Assembly (NCBI GenBank): GCA_963700285.1
Contig: CAVOXA010000010.1
Span: 2,088,724 to 2,152,723, forward strand
Direction of reading: 5' to 3'
DNA length: 64,000 nt
Source: an uncultured Chloroflexia bacterium
Lineage (GTDB): Bacteria > Chloroflexota > Anaerolineae > JAAYZQ01
The notes beneath the pieces were generated by a model, which was not told the origin of the DNA, ran no database searches, and was given only the letters and a program-made list of their open reading frames with translations. The translations under genes and the position numbers were made by a program. Positions 1 to 8,707 of this stretch are shown piece after piece (position 1 is the first letter of the stretch; each line of letters begins with the position of its first letter).

Positions 1-813
1 CTGGAAGGGAAGCCCTTCTGTGCCGAGCGTTGCTCCGCCACAGTGCGCGTGGAGCAACGGCAGGACGTGGACGCCTTTGACGTCCAGGTCCGATCGGCCA
101 GCGGCCGGGTACGCGCCATCAACGTCAGTGTCATCGCAGTTCCAGAGGAGGCCGGCGGCCACACGCTGGTACACCTTTTTCGCCCACTGGGCGAGGAGGG
201 CGGGAGGCCGCTGGGCCTGCGCATCCGCCTTCTGGGCCCTGTGGCCGTGGAGCGTACCGATGGGCCCCAGGTGGGTGGACCCCTGTGGCGCCGGGCGAAG
301 GTGAGGGGCCTGCTTTCGTACCTGGCCCTGCGGCAGGGACGGCCGGTGCGTCGCGAGGAGCTTCTGGAGACCCTGTGGCCGGACCTGGAGCGCGATGCAG
401 TCCTGCACAACCTCAACACCACCGTCTACGGGCTGCGCCACAGCCTGGAGCTGGGGCGGGGGGCGGATTCTGGCTACATCCACTACGAGGGCGATTGTTA
501 CCTGCTCAGCGCCGACCATGTCCACTGGCTGGACATGGATGCCTTTGAGGCTGGGATCGCGCGCGCCCGCAGGCAGAGCCAACCGGACCTGGCGCAGACG
601 CTGTACCGGGAAGCGCTGGCCCTGTACCGAGGCGATTTCCTGGCCGACCTGGACCCGGACTTGGTGGGTGCGTGGGCGGAGCGGGAGCGGCTGCGCCAGC
701 TCTACCTGAACGCGATGGAGGAACTGGGCGCGCTGTGCGAGGGGCAGGATCAGGAGGGGGCGGCGGCGGTCCCTCTGTACCGCGGGCAGCCAGCAGATCG
801 CCATAGGTCCTGA
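1..813 (+). CDS. SARP/BTAD-family transcriptional regulator (PAS-like region, winged HTH, BTAD); 5' partial, 3' end apparently disrupted
   Basis: ORF 43..813 has LRIRLLGPV, LLSYLAL..GRPVRREELLETLWP, WLDMDAFE, ALALYRGDFL and WAERERLRQLY, typical of SARP/BTAD activators. The frame is open to the window start. Similarity is lost after about 780. Confidence 0.8.
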   Translation: MEGKPFCAERCSATVRVEQRQDVDAFDVQVRSASGRVRAINVSVIAVPEEAGGHTLVHLFRPLGEEGGRPLGLRIRLLGPVAVERTDGPQVGGPLWRRAKVRGLLSYLALRQGRPVRREELLETLWPDLERDAVLHNLNTTVYGLRHSLELGRGADSGYIHYEGDCYLLSADHVHWLDMDAFEAGIARARRQSQPDLAQTLYREALALYRGDFLADLDPDLVGAWAERERLRQLYLNAMEELGALCEGQDQEGAAAVPLYRGQPADRHRS

Positions 814-870
814 CGGCAGCGTGTCCCCCTGTGGCGCCCGGCGTTTGCCAGCAGGGAACATACGCCAGCA

Positions 871-2247
871 GAGTTTGGCCCAAAGAGGTTTGCCGTCCGG
901 GGATTCTCGGAATCGGACATCGAACTCTACGACGTGTCGCAACCAGCTACGGCCAGCCAGATCATTTCGACCACGGTCACGCCAGAGGGTGACACCTACT
1001 CCGTCGAGTTCCAGGCGACGGTCACACCCCCTCGGAAGTACCTGGCGCTCACAGAGGATCAACTCGGCAAGCCGGTGGACATTGCTGCGGGCAGGCCCTC
1101 GACCCTGAAATCCCCAACCAATGGCGCAGATTACGTGATCATTGCACACGCTGACTTTTTGGCAGATGCCAAAAAGCTAGCGACTCATCGTGAAAAATCT
1201 GGCTTCCGTGTCCTGGTTGTCGATGTGCAAGACATCTACGATGAGTTCAACTTTGGCATTTTCGAGCCTGAAGCGATCCGGGGCTTTTTGAGCTATGCCT
1301 TTGCGCATTGGCAGCGTCCAGCACCCAGCTATGTGCTGCTGTTGGGTGATGGCACCCGGGATTTTCATGACAATCTGGGCATGGGCGAGACGAACTATGT
1401 CCCGCCCTACCTCGATCAGGTTGACCCTTGGCTGGGCGAGACGTCTAGCGACAACCGCTATGTGGCCGTGAGCGGCGATGATGTACTGCCTGACATGCAT
1501 ATCGGACGATTGCCAGCTTCCAATCCAGCCGAAGCTGCCATGTTGGTAGCCAAGATCATTGGCTACGAAGAGGCGAGCCCCACTGGTGGTTGGGCCGAGC
1601 AGGCCACCTTTGTGGCTGACAACGCGGAGGGCATTGACGACTTTGCCGCGGCGTCTGACGTTATTGCCCAGTACCTGCCTGCCACGTACAAAGTGAAGCG
1701 TGTGTATTATGGCATCACAGAGCTTGACGCCAGCGATGCCACGGATGCCATCGTGCAATCCATCAACGAGGGAAGCTTGTTGGTGGACTATGTTGGGCAC
1801 GGTGCGGTCCAGTATTGGGCTGCGGAACAGCTGCTCAAGCTTGCGGATATCGACCGCTTGACCAACAACACCAATCTGCCCTTGATGCTGCCCTGGACCT
1901 GCTACGACGGCTTGTTCGACTATCCGGGCTTTCCCTCGTTTGGAGAATCGATCGTTCGAGCTGAGGGCAGGGGGGCCGTAGCCAGTTGGTCGCCCTCTGG
2001 ATTGGGATTGCCAGCGGGTCATCAGACTCTGGCGGCCAGCTTTTTTGAGGCTGTATTTGCTGACGGATTGCACACACTTGGCCCGGCTATGACCCAAGCC
2101 AAGCTGTCCTTGTGGACCCAGGCGCCGGAGTTTGGAGATTTGGTGGACACCTATCTGCTGTTGGGTGATCCGGCTACAAGGCTGCATGTAGCCAGACTCT
2201 ACCGGACTTTTCTGCCGCTCGTAACCCGCGGATCCAAAGCCCCCTGA
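871..2247 (+). CDS. Peptidase C25 (gingipain-family) domain protein, N-terminally truncated
   Basis: ADYVIIAH, VVDVQDIYDEF, YVLLLGDG, MHIGRLP, DYVGHG (His), WTC (Cys), YLLLGDPA; ends LYRTFLPLVTR. The frame reads upstream of the ORF-track GTG (..GFSESDIELYDVSQP) back to a stop at 811-813, with no clear start or signal peptide. Start coordinate approximate. Confidence 0.85.
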   Translation, partial: EFGPKRFAVRGFSESDIELYDVSQPATASQIISTTVTPEGDTYSVEFQATVTPPRKYLALTEDQLGKPVDIAAGRPSTLKSPTNGADYVIIAHADFLADAKKLATHREKSGFRVLVVDVQDIYDEFNFGIFEPEAIRGFLSYAFAHWQRPAPSYVLLLGDGTRDFHDNLGMGETNYVPPYLDQVDPWLGETSSDNRYVAVSGDDVLPDMHIGRLPASNPAEAAMLVAKIIGYEEASPTGGWAEQATFVADNAEGIDDFAAASDVIAQYLPATYKVKRVYYGITELDASDATDAIVQSINEGSLLVDYVGHGAVQYWAAEQLLKLADIDRLTNNTNLPLMLPWTCYDGLFDYPGFPSFGESIVRAEGRGAVASWSPSGLGLPAGHQTLAASFFEAVFADGLHTLGPAMTQAKLSLWTQAPEFGDLVDTYLLLGDPATRLHVARLYRTFLPLVTRGSKAP

Positions 2248-2384
2248 CCTCCCAAGCAGATCGCGGGTCGAATACCTGGCCTGCATAGATCGCCGGCGCC
2301 TCTTAGCGGCCAAGCCCTTGTACCAGGTTGCTACGACCCTTGCTTCAAATCTACCCATTTCTAGTATTTACACCAGTCTTTCAC

Positions 2385-2483
2385 TTGCATTTTCTCCTAT
2401 CTTGTAGTATAATGCAGTAATATATATGCGGTCGGGGAAAAGCATCCGGTAATATTGTGGTTTGCAATGATTTGTGGTATAAT
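2385..2483 (+). promoter_or_regulatory. Two tandem sigma70-like promoters for the 2533 gene
   Basis: TTGCAT(2385)-17 bp-TATAAT(2408), and TTGTGG(2455)-17 bp-TATAAT(2478) with an extended TG. GGAGG lies before ATG 2533. Confidence 0.7.
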
Positions 2484-2532
2484 AGACTCAATACCATTTT
2501 CAGTCCGGTGAACCTGATGGAGGTGACTAGAA

Positions 2533-3939
2533 ATGAGTACAAGACGCGTAAGTATCCGGGGGAAAGGTGCAGAGATCTTGTTCGGCGCCCCTCCAGCCGT
2601 CGAGATGCAGCCCCGAACGTCGGATCCATCCCTTACCGAAACGGAGTCGCTAGAGCTAGAATCCTCCACGCAGGGCCTCCCAAGTGGCCAGCAGACGGAA
2701 GATGCTCAGGTTCCCGTTTGGTCATCAGAGCCGCCATACCTGCCCGACATAGTTCTGGAACAGGCACTTTTCGGAGAGGCAATGAACGGCGCTCCGGTTC
2801 CAGAGGGAGCGGGTGAGGCGCTATCTGCGGAAGAGGCAGATCTGGCTCTAACACCGCAAATGGAGAGAGCATTTGTCGATGAGGCGATTGCGGCTCAGGA
2901 ACCCCCGGAGCCGCTGGCTGAGGTACCGGTTCCTACACTGGAGGTAGAAATGGAAGACGATTGGACGAGGGAAGCGATCCTTGACGAGTCGCCCCTGGGC
3001 GAGGCCAGCGACGCTACTTTGGGAGTACTGCCCCCCAGGCGAGATTCGTTGGCTGCGGGAGTGGGAGACGAAGAGGCTACGGCCAGGGACATTCAGGCTC
3101 CGGACGAGGCGGTGGGATGGTTGGAACTGCCCGAACGCGCATTGACCGAGGAGGAAAAGGAGCTGCTGCTGGCCAGGCTGGGCGCGGCACGCATCCGGGA
3201 GTTAAATGGGCAGATAGATGAGATGTACGATCAGGTACTGGCCGAGGTGGGGGTGAGTGAACAGATCTCGACCGAATGCTATAACCTGCTTCTTAAATCC
3301 CGAGACATCCTTCTGCGCCGCGATGTAGCCAAGATTCCGCAAGCCGAGTACTATATCGAGCAGGTACGTGCCCGCCTGAAACGGGCCGACGAAAGCGAAA
3401 GCGGAGCCCGGAAAGCCCAGTGGTGGATTCTGGGTTGGGGGCTTCTCTGGTGTACCGCCTTCCTGGCATTGGTGCTCCTGTTCAACCAGGCATGGTTTCG
3501 AGCATTGGTTGCTCCTGCTGGCGACGGAAGCGCTCTGGTGAATGTCGCGGTCTTTTTGTCGGCAGCGGTCTGGGGGGGGATAGGCGGGGTGGTCGCCATC
3601 CTTTACAGCCTGTTCAAGCACGTGGGCCAGCGGGACTTTGATGATCAATACAGCATCTCCTACATCGGCAAGCCGTTTCTGGGCCTGATCCTGGGGGCGA
3701 CAGTCTACATGGTTTTCAACCTACTCGTCCGCGCCCTTGGTATCTGGCCTGCCGGTATGGCAGGAACAACCGATTCCCTGGCTGTGGCACCAGGGGTCAT
3801 CTACCTGGTGGCCTGGGCTTGCGGTTTCAAAGAGAACCGCATTTTTGACCTGGTAGATCGCGTAATGAAGCGTATGTTTTCCAGCAAGGGGGAGTCGGAA
3901 TCTGTGTCAGCCGTGGACCCCACAGAGCCAAACGAATAG
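2533..3939 (+). CDS. Hypothetical membrane protein: acidic low-complexity N-half, helical middle, about 4 C-terminal TM helices
   Basis: 468-aa ORF with SD. Hydrophobic segments WWILGWGLLW.., AAVWGGIGGVVAILYSL, KPFLGLILGATVY, VIYLVAWACGF. Confidence 0.8.
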   Translation: MSTRRVSIRGKGAEILFGAPPAVEMQPRTSDPSLTETESLELESSTQGLPSGQQTEDAQVPVWSSEPPYLPDIVLEQALFGEAMNGAPVPEGAGEALSAEEADLALTPQMERAFVDEAIAAQEPPEPLAEVPVPTLEVEMEDDWTREAILDESPLGEASDATLGVLPPRRDSLAAGVGDEEATARDIQAPDEAVGWLELPERALTEEEKELLLARLGAARIRELNGQIDEMYDQVLAEVGVSEQISTECYNLLLKSRDILLRRDVAKIPQAEYYIEQVRARLKRADESESGARKAQWWILGWGLLWCTAFLALVLLFNQAWFRALVAPAGDGSALVNVAVFLSAAVWGGIGGVVAILYSLFKHVGQRDFDDQYSISYIGKPFLGLILGATVYMVFNLLVRALGIWPAGMAGTTDSLAVAPGVIYLVAWACGFKENRIFDLVDRVMKRMFSSKGESESVSAVDPTEPNE

Positions 3940-3954
3940 AGAGGAATGGGGTAC

Positions 3955-4079
3955 CTGGGCAGACTGCTCCCTATTCGGTGCGGACAATTTCATCTACCGA
4001 ATAGGGTGGAATGCGGGTGACAAGTTCTCCTGGCCCGATGGGTTGCGTCTCATCGTCAACGCGGACTTGGCCTGCCCAG
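3955..4079 (+). ncRNA. Candidate structured RNA (three-way junction plus H-type pseudoknot), family unknown
   Basis: Nested helices paired by eye: 3955-62/4072-79, 3969-80/3995-4006, 4021-27/4063-69, 4036-42/4049-55, and loop GCGT 4045-48 with ACGC 4059-62. Confidence 0.4.
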
Positions 4080-4112
4080 CCAGAACACAGTATACCTCTG
4101 CCAAAAGCAGAG

Positions 4113-4140
4113 TTGCGTAATCTCTGAACTGTGGTATAAT
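4113..4140 (+). promoter_or_regulatory. tRNA promoter
   Basis: TTGCGT(4113)-16 bp-TATAAT(4135) with an extended TG, 12 nt before the tRNA. Confidence 0.75.
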
Positions 4141-4152
4141 AGGGCCCGTTCG

Positions 4153-4226
4153 GGGCGATTAGCTCAGATGGCTAGAGCGCCACGTTGACATCGTGGAGGT
4201 CACAAGTTCAAGTCTTGTATCGCCCA
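4153..4226 (+). tRNA. tRNA-Val(GAC), CCA not encoded
   Basis: Acceptor stem GGGCGAT/ATCGCCC, D-arm AGCTCAGATGGCTAGAGC, anticodon arm CCACG-TTGACAT-CGTGG, T-loop GTTCAAG. Confidence 0.97.
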
Positions 4227-4235
4227 CTGGTTCGC

Positions 4236-4270
4236 TCGCTGGCAATGCAGTGGCTGGCGAGTTTTTATTT
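4236..4270 (+). terminator. Intrinsic terminator after tRNA-Val
   Basis: CTCGCTGGC..GCTGGCGAG hairpin followed by TTTTTATTTT. Confidence 0.65.
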
Positions 4271-4281
4271 TGGATACCGTA

Positions 4282-4373
4282 TTGCCTCACGAGTAAATGT
4301 TACCCAAGCAGATTCGTTGCCTCACGGATAAATGCTACTGGAATGGCATCGTTGCCTCATTAAAGATTGTTAC
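4282..4373. repeat. Three copies of TTGCCTCA-N8-TG(T/C)TAC at exactly 35-bp period
   Basis: Motif starts at 4282, 4317 and 4352. Spacer and inter-motif bases differ between copies. Confidence 0.85.
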
Positions 4374-4379
4374 CAAGAA

Positions 4380-5878
4380 CTCGCATTTAGATAAACGGTG
4401 ACACACTGGACACCATCCAGTGCCAGTCCAGTACGTTAACAATCGAGTTTCGAACCGTAGACGGGCGAGTTAGCGCTTCTTTTTGGCCTTCTTGTTGGTC
4501 TTTTTGATCACTCGCTGACGCTCTCGCCGGGTTCGTGGTCGCCCTTTCGGCCAACCGGGCGACTTTCCGCGAGCTTTGGGCGGTCGGGTCGGCGTGTCAA
4601 TCTGGCTGAAAAGACCTCCCAGCCCCTGAAGAACGCGCTCTGGTGTCGGTTTCTCCTGCGCTCGCTGCCAGGGAAGAGGCCGATCTACGATCAACTCTCG
4701 AACCAGAAACAACTGACACTGAGCAAGCCTGACCAACAGGGTCCACCGGTCGCAGGCGTCCGCATCCTGAAAACAACGCAATGTCCACGCCAAGTACTGT
4801 TTGCGAAACCGGGTACCGGGCTCCACTGGCCAACGATGTTGGTAGCCATGCCAAAGGTTGACCAGCGGTTGTTCGCCCGGTTGGTGGCTGGTAGGCCAAC
4901 CAAAAAGGCTTGGCTGGTACCTCGCGTTCCCGGGGTGCTTCCACCAGCAGGACGCTGAACACGGTGTTCGCATCCTGACGAGCGTGAAGACCATCCCAAC
5001 GCCGCAGACGCACCGTACCCCACTTCTCATCTTCCACTGCCACAGTCTCTTGGGGCTCATCCCAAGTCTCTGGCTCCTTGAAGGCGAACCGTTCACCGTG
5101 AACCCGCGGACGACCCTTGCCACTATACTCGCCGGGGGTCTGGTGCAGCACCTGATCACAACGCATTCGGGCCAAGACGCCACAAGGCTCCTCTTTCAAC
5201 GGACCGAGGAAAGAGTGGTTGCCATACTTGCCATCGGCTACGATGAGATGAAACGTCTGGAGCATCTCGGCCCACCGGTCACGACACAACTGCTTCACCT
5301 GCTCCACGCCTACCTCGACATCCGTCTTCTGGCTCAGAACTCGTCGGATTGACAGCGGTGGTGCCCAACTGGTGTTTCGCTCCGGTGCCCAGGCTAATAC
5401 CGAATAAGGGTGTCCCACAACAACCGGTGAACCGAGGCCCGTGTCAGAGGCGCTATAGACGTACTGCCGGTCGGGCAGGGTTCGCGCGGCAGTGTGAGAC
5501 CAGGCTGTGCTATCTAACGAAAACACTAGACAGCCGTCTGGTGGCAGAAGTTGAGTGAGATAGCACTCCAACCGCTCCCGGTCTTGACGTCCATCCTCAA
5601 CGGCGGTATAGGCACTGTGCCACTCACGCCGAAAGGTGGGAGAACGGCTCAACTCGGGAAAGGTATGGATGGGCGCGCTGAGAAGCAAGGCATCTACCAA
5701 CTCGAACTGCGCATCTCGGGCCCGAGTGAGCACATGATCGTAGACGGTTTGACGAAACTCGATTAGGTTGCTAAACTGTTGCATGGTAGAAACCTCTTGG
5801 TTGGGATGCCACAAGTTTCTACCATGGGGCGGTTTTGCGCAAGTCGCAGACCGCCCCGATCATTTATCTAAACTCGAG
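4380..5878 (-). mobile_element. Insertion sequence (~1.5 kb) with a DDE transposase (IS4/IS701-superfamily-like)
   Basis: Imperfect terminal inverted repeats CTCGCATTTAGATAAA (4380-95) and TTTATCTAAACTCGAG (5863-78). No clear target duplication. Confidence 0.8.
4470..5784 (-). CDS. DDE transposase, one frameshift near 4880
   Basis: RARDAQFELVDALL, FSLDSTAW, IVADGKYG; second frame YQHRWPVEPGTRFRKQ...PKARGKSPGWPKG. Confidence 0.85.
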
Positions 5879-5898
5879 CAATGAGTCAAATCGGTGGG

Positions 5899-5927
5899 TT
5901 GACAAATCAGCACAAACGCGGTATACT
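5899..5927 (+). promoter_or_regulatory. Near-consensus sigma70 promoter for the SWIM gene
   Basis: TTGACA(5899)-17 bp-TATACT(5922). Confidence 0.85.
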
Positions 5928-6080
5928 GGACTTAATAACCAGGGGAGAAGGCAGTTTGCCAGACTCTAAATCCCGCGTGGTCAATAGAGGAAATATCGAA
6001 CGCCAGGGCCTGAGCGTGCTCTGGCGTTTGCGCATTCTTGGTTCAGGACGGCAAGCCAAATCATCTGAGGGGAGGGTACA

Positions 6081-6350
6081 ATGGATTCAGGCATGATCGG
6101 CAAGATTGAGAAGGCCAAGCGCTACGCTGAAGAACCGGAACGGATCCGTTTTGAGCAGTTTCGGGTCACGATCCAGGGCACAAACTCCCAGCACGAGGTC
6201 TCCTACGACCAGGGTAACTGGCATTGCGGCTGCAATTTCTTTGCGACCCGGGGGGTATGCAGCCACACGATGGCCTTGGAACGGCTCTTGGGCGTGTCGC
6301 TTCCACCGGAAGCGATGGCTGAGGCTGAACCGGCCATGGCCATGGCCTAG
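6081..6350 (+). CDS. Small SWIM zinc-finger protein
   Basis: WHCGC..VCSH fits the SWIM pattern CxC-xn-CxH; GGAGG SD. Confidence 0.85.
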   Translation: MDSGMIGKIEKAKRYAEEPERIRFEQFRVTIQGTNSQHEVSYDQGNWHCGCNFFATRGVCSHTMALERLLGVSLPPEAMAEAEPAMAMA

Positions 6351-6367
6351 CACAACCAGTTTTCCTG

Positions 6368-6399
6368 CGGGGGATGGGCGGCTGCCCGTCCCCCGCTTT
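6368..6399. terminator. Hairpin terminator between the convergent SWIM and mtaB genes
   Basis: GCGGGGGATGGGC-GGCT-GCCCGTCCCCCGC-TTT. Confidence 0.7.
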
Positions 6400-7680
6400 C
6401 TAGAGTTCGAGCTGGCCCCTCAGGCCGTTCTCCGTCAGAGCAACAAGCCTGGTATCGGTTTCCTGATTTGACAGGTCAGCGGCGCTGACCGTTTGTACCC
6501 GTAGATAGTTGTCCGTTAGCCCACTCCACACAGGCCCCGGATCCCCTGCTTTTGATGACTCCCATAGCACCTTCATCGTTTGGCCGACAAACTGCTGGCG
6601 GAAAGCCCGGTCCGAGGCGGAAGCGGCAGCGTGCATGGCCCTGGCCCGCCGGCGCTTGACCTGCGCCGGCACCTGATCGCGCATCCCCGCCGCCGGCGTC
6701 CCAGGACGAAGAGAGTAGGGGAAAACGTGTGTCCGGGCGAATTCCATATCCCGTGCAAATGCCAGGCTCTCGGCAAACTCGTCATCGGTCTCACCTGGGA
6801 ATCCGACGATCACATCGGTCGTCAGCGCCAACCCCGGGATGGCCGCCCGCGCGGCCTCCACGACTGCCGCGAAATCGTTTTTCCCGCAGCGACGCGCCAT
6901 GCGCCGCAATACCGCGTCGGAACCACTCTGCAGAGGCAAGTGGAGGTGACGGCAGAGCCTGGCATCCTCCCAAAGGGAGAAGGTCCACCGCGGCAGGTCC
7001 CAGGGTTCGATGGAGGACAGGCGCAGGCGAGGTACGCCTGTTTCGGACAGGATGCGTGCCACCAAGCTCCACAGATCGACAACCGGCTCACCACCGCTCC
7101 CGTCACGCCCGTAGGCGCCGATGTGTACCCCTGTGAGCACAACCTCCCGGTAACCAGCATCCAGCCGGGCTTGCACCTCAGCCAGTATCTGATGCGGCGG
7201 GTGGCTGCGCTGCGGACCGCGGGCTATGTGGATGATGCAGTAAGTGCAGGCATTGTCGCAGCCATCCTGGATCTTGACCAGCGTGCGCGTGCGCGAAGGA
7301 GGGTTTTGGGTATCGGATTGTGGGATGCTGGATCCGAGTTTCGGCTTGGCCGCAGTGATCAGACTGGCTAACCGGTCTTTGTCTTGGTTACCTGCGACGA
7401 ACTCGACGCCGGGCAGATCCTGGAGATCAGCGGGCGCTAGCTCGGCGTAACAACCGGTGACAACCAAACGGGCGTCTGGATTCTCTCGGTGCATACGGCG
7501 CAGTGCTTGGCGCGTTTTCTGGGCCGCCACCTGAGTCACGGCGCAGGTGTTCAAAACGCACAGGTCAGCCTCCACCGGCGCACCGACGACCTGGTGCCCG
7601 GCCCTGCTCAACTGGCCGGCCAGAGCATCCATCTCGCTTTGGTTCAGTTTGCAGCCCAAGCTGCTGACATAGATCTGCAT
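6400..7680 (-). CDS. mtaB: tRNA t6A37 methylthiotransferase MtaB (radical SAM)
   Basis: LGCKLNQSE, NTCAVT, VKIQDGCDNACTYC (CxxxCxxC), LRLSSIEP, HVFPYSLRPGT, C-terminal TRAM domain. Confidence 0.9.
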   Translation of the reverse strand: MQIYVSSLGCKLNQSEMDALAGQLSRAGHQVVGAPVEADLCVLNTCAVTQVAAQKTRQALRRMHRENPDARLVVTGCYAELAPADLQDLPGVEFVAGNQDKDRLASLITAAKPKLGSSIPQSDTQNPPSRTRTLVKIQDGCDNACTYCIIHIARGPQRSHPPHQILAEVQARLDAGYREVVLTGVHIGAYGRDGSGGEPVVDLWSLVARILSETGVPRLRLSSIEPWDLPRWTFSLWEDARLCRHLHLPLQSGSDAVLRRMARRCGKNDFAAVVEAARAAIPGLALTTDVIVGFPGETDDEFAESLAFARDMEFARTHVFPYSLRPGTPAAGMRDQVPAQVKRRRARAMHAAASASDRAFRQQFVGQTMKVLWESSKAGDPGPVWSGLTDNYLRVQTVSAADLSNQETDTRLVALTENGLRGQLEL

Positions 7681-7807
7681 GTTTTCCTCGCACTGGATTG
7701 TACCACAGAGGGCACCTCAAGTAAAGGGTTTTGGCGGAATTGGCACGCGCACTGATAAGATGGTATAATCCAACGATACTGCACGGCTTTAAGGGACAGC
7801 GAGAGTG

Positions 7808-8647
7808 ATGGCAGAACCCGCCTGGAAGCGCTACCTGACCGACTATAACGAAGGCCTGGGCTTGGTCTACGAGCGCTTTGTGCTCAACGATTTCCTGCTG
7901 GCCTTGCGGGAGGAACACGAGGTCGAGACGGTACTCGAAGCGCCGCTATTCGGCATGGCCGGCGTCTCGGGCATCAACAGCGTGGCTCTCGCCCAGGCAG
8001 GCGCCCGTGTCACCCTGGTCGATGATCATGATGAGCGGTTGGCCGCCGTGGAACGGATCTGGGGTGAGTTGGGTCTGGAAGCGCAGTTCGTTCACCATTC
8101 ACTGGGGAGCCTGCTACCTTTCCCTGACGGTACCTTTGACCTGACCTGGAACTGGGCCGCGCTGTGGTACCTGGAGGATCCGGAAACCCTGTTGCGCGAG
8201 TTGGTCCGCACGTCAAAGCGCGTCGTCTTTGTGGCCATGCCCAACCGCGTCCAGGTGGGCTATCTCCTGCGCAAGTACCTGCTTGAGCGCGACTTTGTGA
8301 AGCAGGTTGATGAGAGCTGGGCCGACATCGGTCGCATTCGCCGTGTGCTGGAGGGCGCCGGTCTGCGCATCGTGCGCCAGGGGGTGCTGGATGTCCCCCC
8401 CTGGCCCGACACGGTCATGCCTGCTTCGGAGGTACTGCAGCGGTTGGGCATCAAATCAAAGGTACTGGAAGGGCAGTTCAGCGGTGATAGTTGGCAGTGG
8501 AGCACCATGGCCTACTATCTGGACCAGGAGCCGGACCTCTATGACCGGGTGATGCGCTACGCTTGGCTTGACCAGGCCAGGATTCCCTGGCGGGTAAAGG
8601 CGGTATGGGCCCACCACCGCTACCTTGTAGGAGTGACAGAGTTCTAG
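7808..8647 (+). CDS. Class I SAM-dependent methyltransferase
   Basis: LPFPDGTFDLTW and LLRELVRTSKRVVFV motifs. Divergent from mtaB, with TGGTATAAT upstream. Confidence 0.75.
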   Translation: MAEPAWKRYLTDYNEGLGLVYERFVLNDFLLALREEHEVETVLEAPLFGMAGVSGINSVALAQAGARVTLVDDHDERLAAVERIWGELGLEAQFVHHSLGSLLPFPDGTFDLTWNWAALWYLEDPETLLRELVRTSKRVVFVAMPNRVQVGYLLRKYLLERDFVKQVDESWADIGRIRRVLEGAGLRIVRQGVLDVPPWPDTVMPASEVLQRLGIKSKVLEGQFSGDSWQWSTMAYYLDQEPDLYDRVMRYAWLDQARIPWRVKAVWAHHRYLVGVTEF

Positions 8648-8707
8648 GGGAGCCAGGGGGGCGGCAACCAGGCTGGCTCTTTGTCCCCTCTCCCCCTCTT
8701 ATCAGCC

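Noticed and set aside
811-813. TGA as selenocysteine fusing BTAD to C25, given selB in the window
   Set aside because: The flanking residues match neither family, there is no Cys-equivalent position, and no convincing SECIS hairpin follows.
1177-2358. Long antisense ORFs (also 12571-13665, 26331-27314, 31957-33108, 45821-46876, 55330-56598)
   Set aside because: Shadow ORFs opposite well-supported genes, as expected in high-GC DNA.
4282-4373. 35-bp periodic array as a mini-CRISPR
   Set aside because: The constant part is split, the variable parts are only 8 and 13 nt, and there are no cas genes.
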